Below, piece after piece: positions 54,047 to 64,000 of a DNA stretch of 64,000 bases. The notes beneath the pieces were generated by a model that saw only the letters and a list, made by a program, of their open reading frames with translations, was not told where the DNA came from and did no database searches. A program made the position numbers and the translations under genes. Source of the DNA: Eledone cirrhosa (Eukaryota); contig CAXHJY010000165.1 of NCBI GenBank assembly GCA_964016885.1, positions 1 to 64,000 on the forward strand, in the 5' to 3' direction. Each line of letters begins with the position of its first letter. The stretch's first letter is position 1.

Positions 54047-54592
54047 GAAAAAGAAAAAGAAAGAGAAAAAGAAAAAGAAAGAAAGAAAGAAAGAAAGAAA
54101 GAAAATGAAAGAAAGAAAATGAAAGAAAGAAAATGAAAATGAAAGAAAGAAAATGAAAATGAAAGAAAGAAAAAATGAAAATGAAAATGAAAGAAAGAGA
54201 AAATGAAAGAAAAAATGAAAATGAAAATGAAAGAAAGAAAAAATGAAAATGAAAGAATGAATGAAAATGAAAATGAAAATGAAAGAGAATGAATGAAAAT
54301 GAGAATGAAAATGAAAGAGAATGAATGAAAATGAGAATGAAAATGAAAGAGAATTAATGAAAATGAGAATGAAAATGAAAGAGAATGAATGAAAATGAGA
54401 ATGAAAATGAAAGAGAATGAATGAAAATGAGAATGAAAATGAAAGAGAATGAATGAAAATGAGAATGAAAATGAGAATGAAAATGAAAATGAAAATAGGA
54501 ATGAGAATGAAAATGAGAATGAAAATGAGAATGAGAATGAGAATGAGAATGAATGATAATGAATGAAAATGAGAATGAAAATGATAATGAAA
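54047..54592. repeat. (GAAA)/(GAAAAT/GAGAAT)n purine-rich tract
   Basis: Direct inspection. Confidence 0.9.
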
Positions 54593-54797
54593 AATAGGAA
54601 AGAAGTGAAGCTGTAAATCAACTAGAAGTTTCTTAGGCATATGTCTAGAAAGGTTGAGAGGTAAAAGACTGGCATAAATTGAGCTTTGTACGACACTGGA
54701 TCTTCATTAGGATAACTTTTTTAAGGATAAACAGCAATGGTGACATCGGTCATATTTGAACGAAGAGTACAGAAAACTGGAAGGAAAGCCAATGCAT

Positions 54798-54886
54798 TTA
54801 TATATGTATATATATGTGTGTATGTGTATATATATATGTGTGTGTATATATATGTGTATGTATATATATGTGTATGTATATATATG

Positions 54887-54917
<31 letters not shown>

Positions 54918-54974
54918 GTATGTATATATATATATATGTATGTATATATATATATATGTATGTATATATATATG

Positions 54975-55005
<31 letters not shown>

Positions 55006-55042
55006 GTATGTATATATATATATATGTATGTATATATATATG

Positions 55043-55089
<47 letters not shown>

Positions 55090-55174
55090 GTATGTATATA
55101 TATATATATGTATGTATATATATATATATGTATGTATATATATATATATGTATGTATATATATATATATGTATG

Positions 55175-55233
<59 letters not shown>

Positions 55234-55238
55234 GTATG

Positions 55239-55287
<49 letters not shown>

Positions 55288-55734
55288 ATATATATATATA
55301 TGTATGTATATATATATATGTATGTATGTATATATTTATATGTATGTATATATATATATATTTATATCTATGTATATATTTATATGTATGTATATATATA
55401 TATATATGTATATGTATGTATATGTATATATGTATATATATATATATATGTATGTATATATATGTATATGTATATGTATATATATATGTATATATATATA
55501 TATATGTATATGTATATATATATGTATATATATATATATATATATATGTATATGTATATGTATATATATATGTATATATATGTATGTATATATGTATATG
55601 TATATGTATATATATATGTATATATATATATATATATATGTATGTATATGTATGTATATATATATATATATATATGTATGTATATGTATGTATATATATC
55701 TATATATATATATGTATGTATATATATATATATT

Positions 55735-55773
<39 letters not shown>

Positions 55774-55782
55774 ATATATGTA
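54798..55782. repeat. (TA/TG) compound microsatellite
   Basis: Direct inspection. Confidence 0.95.
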
Positions 55783-56128
55783 TCATCATCATCATCATCA
55801 TTTCATCATACGTCCACTTTTCCCTGCTTGCAAGGGTGGGACGGGAACTGATTCTGGCTTCATTTCTACAGCTGGATGCCCTTCCTAACACCAACCTCAT
55901 TTACAGTGAGTGCTGGGTGCTTTTTTGCCGTGGCACCGCTATGACCACTTTGCAGTGGAATGATAGGGACCCCAGTCCCTATCATCTCATTTCTACAGCT
56001 GAGTAAACTGGAGCAATGTGAAATAAAGTGTCTTGCTCAAGGAAACAACACATCACCCGGTCTGAGAATTGAACTCACAACCTTTCGATTGCAAGGCCAA
56101 TGCTCTAACCACTAAGCCATGTGCCTCC
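55783..56128 (-). mobile_element. SINE family A, full length
   Basis: Complete match. Confidence 0.92.
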
Positions 56129-56222
56129 ATGTATATGTATGTATATGTATGTATATGTATGTATATGTATATATATATATGTATATGTACGTATGGATTC
56201 ACCGAACATTTATTATAATGCT

Positions 56223-56409
56223 CGGAAAATGTATAACCCCAACGGCAGAGCTCAAGTCGTTTCGACGGCTATTTCTAGAAATAGCCCTTGAAACGGCTTA
56301 GGCTCTGCCGTTGGGGTTATGCATTTTCCTATTTCCCACTCTACTACCCTAAGTATTGAGTACTCTGGTGCGTTATGGTCCATCTGGTTCCTTACCACAC
56401 TTCCTTCAT

Positions 56410-56410
<1 letters not shown>
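56223..56410 (+). mobile_element. Family 2 element with ~50-bp terminal hairpin
   Basis: ggaaaatgtataaccccaacggcagagc..ctctgccgttggggttatgcattttcc followed by a cactc..ttgagtactctggtgc tail. Confidence 0.65.
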
Positions 56411-56439
<29 letters not shown>

Positions 56440-56440
<1 letters not shown>

Positions 56441-56752
56441 CGTTTCTGAATTTGTTTAGCAAGATTCTTTACTGAAAACGTGTGTTGAAACCGATATTGT
56501 TATACTTTGGGAGGGTCATGTTGCCAATAAGAAACACACGCACCAGTTGCTTTCACTTCAATTTATTATAATAAATTTATAAATTTAAGAATTTATAAAT
56601 TTCCGGTTGGTTGGTTGGTTCCACAACCAGATGGTTGTTTATATATTGTCAAAGTTCTTTCGTCACACATTCCGTGACCTCTTCAGTGACTAGGGATTCT
56701 TTTCTTTGATTTTGTGCCTCTCCTTTGTTCTGTCCTACGCCATCTTGTTTCT
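56440..56752 (-). mobile_element. Non-inverted copy of the 51165 hammerhead element
   Basis: Matches 51167-51478; both ends in (TA)n. Confidence 0.7.
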
Positions 56753-56843
56753 CATATATATATATATATATATATGTGTGTATGTTTATATGTACCATCA
56801 TCATGTGTATATATATATATATCATCATCGTTTAACGTTCATG

Positions 56844-56876
<33 letters not shown>

Positions 56877-57342
56877 GTATATATATAATTTCAAGAAACT
56901 TAAAATATACCTACAGGAATTTTTGTCAATGGTTTTTGAAATAGCAAATAAATGCAATTTCCATCAGAATTTCTTTGAAATACTTTGAAAGGCTTCTTGA
57001 AAAACCAAAGTAAACATGAAAAGGTTTTCCTCTGAATAAAAGGAAAGCAATGTTTCCTTATAACTTACTTTACTTTCAAATATGTTTTCGCTTATGTCAA
57101 CATGGCATCAAGTATAGTAGGCTTCACCATTTTCATAATTTGGCAATTTCCATTCCATTGAACGTTAGATGTCTTTCTCGTGTGTCACATTTTACATGGA
57201 ATATATTCAAACTGTAGATTAGCCTCTCAGTGTAATTGAAATATAAGATGTATGAAACAAACAAAAATTAAATTTAAGTCATCATCATCATCATCATCAT
57301 CACATCTGTTTTATCTTTGTTTGATATATTTATATAAATATA

Positions 57343-57401
<59 letters not shown>

Positions 57402-57997
57402 TCTAGTCCGGTAGAAACCATTTCTATATTATATAAATAAATATATATATATATGTTCAGAAGAGATTGTTTTGGTAAAAAGAGGAGTAAGCAGGAGAAG
57501 GCTTTCAACAATCGTAGTTTTTAGTTATGATGGAGGTTTTATAAAAATAACAAAATAAGATGCTGAGGTTACATATATCGTTGAATCGTTATAATAATTA
57601 TGATAATTATAATGATTAAACGATATATGTAATCTCAGCATCTTATTTTGTTATTTGTATATATACACACATACTCTCACACACATACACGAGCAGTGTG
57701 GCAACATACTGTTACGTCCGTCTCTGGGTCAAAAGCATAGCAGACACTTTTTCCTTTTTGTTTTTTCTGCTTGTTTTCTTGCTTGTTTACCACCATTCCA
57801 TTGGTATACATCTATTACGCAATTTACACCTGATGAGGTCACCGGGTTCTTATGCAACATGGCTACTGAAATGTGCGTAGTGTTTACAGTAATAAAAAAT
57901 TAAGGAAATTCAACATATTTGACCTGTCATTTCACTTCATAATATATATATATCATCATCATCATTTTACGTATATATGTAGTGTAATCATCCTCAT

Positions 57998-58392
57998 GGA
58001 GGCACATGGCTGAGTGGTTAGAGCATTGGCCTTGCAATCGAAAGGTTGAGTTCAAATCTCAGACCGGGTGATGTGTTGTTTCCTTGAGCAAGACACTTTA
58101 TTTCACATTGCTCCAGTTTACTCAGCTGTAGAAATGAGATGATAGGGACTGGGGTCCCTATCATTCCACTGTAGAGTGGTTGTGGAGGTGTCACGGCAAA
58201 AAAGCACCCAGCCCACACTGTAAAGTGGTCGTGTATGCACCACAGAAAAAAACCACCCAGCACTCACTGTAAATGAGGTTGGTGGTAGGAAGGGCATCGA
58301 GCTGTAGAAATCAAGCCAGAATCAGTTCCCGTCCCACCCTTGCAAGCAGGGAAAAGTGGATGTAAAATGATGATGATGATGATGATGATGAT
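57998..58392 (+). mobile_element. SINE family A within the duplicated block
   Basis: Same upstream junction (gtagtgtaatcatcctcat|ggaggc) as 39639. Confidence 0.9.
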
Positions 58393-59036
58393 GTAAACAA
58401 AGTTTCATACACTAAACATGTAGGTGCTACCAATGGTTTTGAGGCCCCCCACTATATAATAGTGGAGGCACATTTAATCTGGCCTTTCATTCAGGCACGT
58501 GAAGGTGAATTGGCATAGTTGTTAGAATGTTGAATAGAGCTCTCTACTCTTTGAGTTCAAATCCTGCTGAGGTCACATTTGCCTTTCAGCCTTTTGAGGT
58601 TGATAAAAAAATGGGCCAGTCTATATCTCTTTCTCACTTACTCTTTCTCCATATCTATCTTTCTCTAGAAGAAATCTGCTGTACTCAGCCTGGAGAGGGG
58701 ATGGGCTTTGCCCAGCTGATCAAAACACCAGTATGCTGGTATATTCTTTTATTGTTTTATGTATGTTATATTGTTTTTCCTATTATTTTGTGTTCTTATG
58801 TACCATGAGAGAGTTGTAAAGGTGTGTTCTTAGCACTTTAAAACTTGTGGACCCAATCCTTCTCCAAATTTGAATGCAGCCTATTTCTCCCACAGAGAGG
58901 GAGAAAGCTATTGCAAAAGAATTGGTCCTAGTGTTTTACTAGTACTTTATTAATCGACCTTGAATGGTCAAAAGGCAAAGTTGACCTCAGACAAAGAATG
59001 ATAACGTCACAGAGAACACCAGGGACAAAACTTGGT

Positions 59037-59983
59037 CCCTCCCTCTGTCTCTCTCTCATTCTCTACCTTGGTCTCTCTCTCTCATTCTCTACCTTGGTCT
59101 TTCTCTCATTCTCTCCCTTTGTCTCTCTCTCTCATTCTCTTCCTCTCATTCTCTCCCTTTGTCTCTCTCTCATTCTCTTCTCTCCTCCCTTTGTCTTTCT
59201 CTTCTCCCTCCCTCCCTTTCTTTTCCCTCTTTCCTCCCTCCCTCTCTTTTCCCTTCTCCCTCCCTCCTTCTTTTCCCTCTTTCCTCCCCCCTCCCTCCTT
59301 CTTTTCCCTCTTTCCTCCCTCCCTCTTTTCCCTCTCTCCTCCCTCCCTCCCTCTTTTCCCTCTCTCCTCCCTCCCTCTCTTTTCCCTCTCTCCTCCCTCC
59401 CTCTCTTTTCCCTCTCTCCTCCCTCCCTCTCTTTTCCCTCTCTCCCCCTCCCTCTCTTTTCCCTCTCTCCCCTCCATCCCTCTCTCCCCTCCATCCCTCT
59501 ATCCCCTCCATCCCTCTCTCCCCTCCATCCCTCTATCTCCTCCATCCCTCTCTCCCCTCCATCCCTCTCTCTCCTCCATCCCTATCTCTCTTCTCCATCC
59601 CTCTCTTCTCCCTATCTCTCTTCTCCATCCCTCTCTTCTCCCTATCTCTCTTCTCCATCACTCTCTTCTCCCTATCTCTCTTCTCCCTATCTCTCTTCTC
59701 CTTCCCTCTCTTCTCCCTATCTCTCTTCTCCTTCCTCTCTTCTCCCTATCTCTCTTCTCCTTCCCTCTCTTCTCCCTATCTCTCTTCTCCCTATCTCTCT
59801 TCTCCCTATCTCTCTTCTCCTTCTCTCTCTTCTCCCTATCTCTCTTCTCCCTATCTCTCTTCTCCCTATCTCTCTTCTCTATCCCTCTCTTCTCTCTGTC
59901 TCTCTTCTCTCTCCCTCTTTTCTCCCTATCTTTCCTCACTCCCCCCCCCTTCTCCCTATCTCCCCCCCCCCCCCTTCCCTTTT
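59037..59983. repeat. ~950-bp polypyrimidine (CT) tract with 19-bp subunits
   Basis: ctcttctccctatctct-like units; almost purine-free on +. Confidence 0.92.
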
Positions 59984-60557
59984 CATGATTTCCAACCATG
60001 TAAGTTTAACTCTTTTGTCAGAAAATGGGTGTGAGCTAAAACACATACTTCAAACATTCTATCTGGAATTGTAATGACTTTTCCACCTTACCTACCCTCA
60101 TTTTGTGATAATATACATTATCATTGCTCTATTTCAGAGTATTTAGGTCTATATCTACTATCCAGGATCACTAATCATCTAATCCACTTTATCATTCTAC
60201 TTCTAGTGAGTTTACAATCTTATGGAAAGTACTGTGACTGCAATCTCGTGACAAATAAGTAATTCTATCTACACGGAAATAGAATTTTCTTCATGATTAA
60301 AATATTTCAGAGGCGCCATCTGCATGAAAAATAAAAAACAACAACAACAAAACATAACAAACAAACAATTATCCATTAATTGATTTCACTGCATACTTAT
60401 TTCAAGATAGGTTTCTAATACCGTTTGTTTTAACCCTTTAGTTCCTTTATTTCTAATGTGGGTTTCATTCCTGGACCACTTGTTGGATTGAGTTCTTGAG
60501 AAATGATACTTCATTTCACATTTCTTTTCAGGGTAGGATTGGAGCTACTATCATTAA

Positions 60558-61306
60558 CCCTTTAGTATTTAAACTGGCTATATCCGGCCAGAATTCTCTC
60601 ACCTTTTTCTGTTCAAACCAGCTGCTCATACTGATGTTAAGGTATTGTTCTCAAAATAAATAATATCAAAATCTTATAAATTCGATATTATGTGAGGTAA
60701 AGCCGTACCGATCAGAATTCTCTCATCTCTTTCTGTTCAAACCAGCTGCTCATACTGATGTTAAGGTATTGTTCTCAAAATAAATAATATCAAAATAAAT
60801 AATATCAAAATCTTATAAATTCGATATTATGTGAGGTAAAGCCGTACCGATCAGAATTCTCTCATCTCTTTCTGTTCAAACCAGCTGCTCATACTGATGT
60901 TAAGGTATTGTTCTCAAAATAAATAATATCAAAATAAATAATATCAAAATCTTATAAATTCGATATTATGTGAGGTAAAGCCGTACCGATCAGAATTCTC
61001 TCATCTCTTTCTGTTCAAACCAGCTGCTCATACTGATGTTAAGGTATTGTTCTCAAAATAAATAATATCAAAATAAATAATATCAAAATCTTATAAATTC
61101 GATATTATGTGAGGTAAAGCCGTACCGATCAGAATTCTCTCATCTCTTTCTGTTCAAACTGGTCACTCATACTGACGTCAAGGTATTGTTCTCAAAATAA
61201 ATATCAACATCTCATAGATTCGATATTATGTGAGATAATTATGTGAGGTAATGTATTTACCATGAAAATATAATAGTAAACATAGAGTAATGTAAGTGCT
61301 AAAGGG
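60558..61306 (+). mobile_element. piggyBac-like MITE with internal tandem amplification
   Basis: TTAA-ccctttag...ctaaaggg-TTAA; cagaattctctc at 60589, 60713, 60852, 60991 and 61130 (124 bp, then 3 x 139 bp). Confidence 0.8.
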
Positions 61307-61871
61307 TTAAAACACCAAGGAATCTTCCTATGAGATACCTCATAGGAGGCCAGCTAAACCTGAATTTCTGTGTAAGCTGTAACAGCAACAGCAACATACA
61401 TAAGTGTGTGTATGTTAGGACAGGGCCTCTTATCATTACAATACTCTAGAAACCTTATATGAGATACTTTATAAAAGGCAAATTAAACCTGAATATAGTT
61501 GAGATCTGTAACAAGACACATATTGAAGGGACATGGAAATGTAGCAGGAGTTGCGTCCCTTGTTGTGACACTCACATCATCAATAGAGTAATGCTCTCTA
61601 GACAGGAAGTGGCTGGAGTTGCTTCCCGTTGGAGTGATAGCCCTTTTTATCACTTCTGGCAGAACCCATATCCTGCTATAGAAAGGATTAGTTTAGGAGT
61701 GAGAGGCCCATGGTCCTTGTAAAGACATCATCCTAGGAGAATGAAGACTGATGTAAAACCTGCGACTTGTTGTCCTGTTTTTGTTTTGCAAGACCTGCCT
61801 ACACGCAAATTGTAAATAATATATAATAAATAAAATCGTTAATTTATATATAATAAATAATATAACACCGC

Positions 61872-62147
61872 AAGGTGGTTGTGGAGGTGCCACAGCAAAG
61901 AAGCACCCAGCCCACACTGTAAAGTGGATGTGTAGGCGCCACGAAAAAGCACCCAGCACTCACTGTAAATGAGGTTGGTGTTAGGAAGGGCATCCGGCTG
62001 TAGAAATCAAGCCAAATCAGTTCCTGTATGAGCAAGGCATGGTCAGCCGACCAGGCACTGCCCACAACAGGACAACCCGTCTAACCCATGCTAGCTTGGA
62101 AGAATGGACGTAAAATGGTGATGATGATGATGATGATGATGATGATA
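61872..62147 (+). mobile_element. 5'-truncated SINE A-like body with an alternative RTE-type tail
   Basis: gttaggaagggcatcc module plus acccgtctaacccatgctagc tail, as at 32020-32235. Confidence 0.7.
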
Positions 62148-62620
62148 ACAATCACTATGTATAAATAAATATTATATATTTTTTATTTTACTATCTTTAT
62201 ATATAATGTGTATCATTTGATATTTAATATACTATTATATCAAGATGGTAAATTGGCAGCCGCCTCGAACGACATGCCGACCAGAACTCGTCCGCCCCGC
62301 CTGCACGTTAACGCCCGCCCTCCCCTCCGATGCGTGTTCCGCCGTTAAGGCGTGCCGAGTTGGCCGCCTCCGACCCGTGTGGCTGCAGGGGAATCCAGCC
62401 GATGACGACGCCCGAACGGCGGCGGTGTGGTGTAGCCTCGTCAACGTGACGACAACACGCAATGTCAGATAAAAATGCTTAATGGTATTCATACCGGCTC
62501 TCTTCTCTCTGAGTTCAAATCCCGCTGAGGTCAACTTTGAGGTCGATAAGAAAAGTACCAGTCTAGTACTGGGGTCGATTCTTCCTTCATATCTCTTTCT
62601 CATTTTCTCTCTCTCAGTTT

Positions 62621-64000
62621 CTATCTTTTTTCTGGAAGAAATCTGCTGTAGTGAGTCCTGGAGAGGGATGGGCTCCGTCTATCTTTCTCTGGAAGAAATC
62701 TGCTGTAGTGAGTCCTGGAGAGGGATGGGCTCCGTCTATCTTTCTCCGGAAGAAATCTGCTGTAGTGAGTCCTGGAGAGGGATGGGCTCCGTCTATCTTT
62801 CTCTGGAAGAAATCTGCTGTACTCAGTCCTGGAGAGGGATGGGCTCCGTCTATCTTTCTCTGGAAGAAATCTGCTGTACTCAGGCCTGGAGAGGGATGGG
62901 CTCCGTCTATCTTTTTCTGGAAGAAATCTGCTGTAGTGAGTCCTGGAGAGGGATGGGCTCCGTCTATCTTTTTCTGGAAGAAATCTGCTGTAGTGAGTCC
63001 TGGAGAGGGATGGGCTCCGTCTATCTTTCTCTGGAAGAAATCTGCTGTACTCAGTCCTGGGGAGGGATGGGCTCCGTCTATCTTTCTCTGGAAGAAATCT
63101 GCTGTAGTGAGTCCTGGAGAGGGATGGGCTCCGTCTATCTTTCTCTGGAAGAAATCTGCTGTACTCAGGCCTGGAGAGGGATGGGCTCCGTCTATCTTTC
63201 TCTGGAAGAAATCTGCTGTAGTGAGTCATGGAGAGGGATGGGCTCCGTCTATCTTTCTCTGGAAGAAATCTGCTGTACTCAGTCCTGGGGAGGGATGGGC
63301 TCCGTCTATCTTTCTCTGGAAGAAATCTGTTGTACTCAGGCCTGGAGAGGGATGGGCTCCGTCTATCTTTCTCTGGAAGAAATCTGCTGTACTCAGTCCT
63401 GGGGAGGGATGGGCTCCGTCTATCTTTCTCTGGAAGAAATCTGCTGTAGTGAGTCCTGGAGAGGGATGGGCTCCGTCTATCTTTCTCTGGAAGAAATCTG
63501 CTGTACTCAGTCCTGGGGAGGGATGGGCTCCGTCTATCTTTCTCTGGAAGAAATCTGCTGTAGTGAGTCCTGGAGAGGGATGGGCTCCGTCTATCTTTCT
63601 CTGGAAGAAATCTGCTGTACTCAGGCCTGGAGAGGGATGGGCTCCGTCTATCTTTCTCTGGAAGAAATCTGCTGTAGTGAGTCATGGAGAGGGATGGGCT
63701 CCGTCTATCTTTCTCTGGAAGAAATCTGCTGTACTCAGTCCTGGGGAGGGATGGGCTCCGTCTATCTTTCTCTGGAAGAAATCTGCTGTACTCAGGCCTG
63801 GGGAGGGATGGGCTCCGTCTATCTTTCTCTGGAAGAAATCTGCTGTACTCAGTCCTGGAGAGGGATGGGCTCCGTCTATCTTTCTCTGGAAGAAATCTGC
63901 TGTACTCAGGCCTGGAGGGGGATGGGCTCCGTCTATCTTTCTCTGGAAGAAATCTGCTGTACTCAGTCCTGGGGAGGGATGGGCTCCGTCTATCTTTCTC
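62621..64000. repeat. 57-bp tandem satellite, ~24 copies, continues past the window end
   Basis: ctatctttctctggaagaaatctgctgta(ctc/gtg)ag(t/g)cctgg(a/g)gagggatgggctccgt; the 19-aa ORF periodicity equals 57 bp. Confidence 0.97.

Noticed and set aside
62621-63685. 354-aa repetitive ORF; CRISPR-like appearance
   Set aside because: 57-bp satellite (a multiple of 3) without unique spacers; eukaryotic context, no cas genes.

Overview
AT-rich, repeat-dominated eukaryotic non-coding DNA. The microsatellite load and the SINE/RTE families suggest a cephalopod (octopus-like) genome; this is inference. No host gene could be supported, and nearly all long ORFs in the track are translations of (TA/TG)n, (GGT)n, (GAT)n or CT tracts. 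Identifiable content: one 5'-truncated RTE-clade LINE with an open RT ORF containing a PHD-like Cys/His finger (17319-18734), two further RTE fragments, two tRNA-headed SINE families with many copies, TTAA-flanked piggyBac-like MITEs, a hAT/Charlie-like MITE, a tiny Tc1/mariner-like MITE, a non-autonomous Helitron, and several satellites (57, 72-73, 77 and 37 bp units). The most striking structure is a dense set of short, sequence-diverse, non-coding elements embedded in (TA)n tracts. Many are fold-back palindromes with a one-sided 60-130 bp tail. About 20 minimal type I hammerhead-ribozyme motifs (about 15 convincing) occur in the window, mostly in these elements: CUGANGA-stem II-GAAA, a short and often palindromic stem III, and a paired stem I. 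Where a tail is present, the ribozyme sense points towards it. This matches Penelope-like retroelement pseudo-LTR remnants or retrozyme-like elements that target microsatellites. All motif calls were made by eye.
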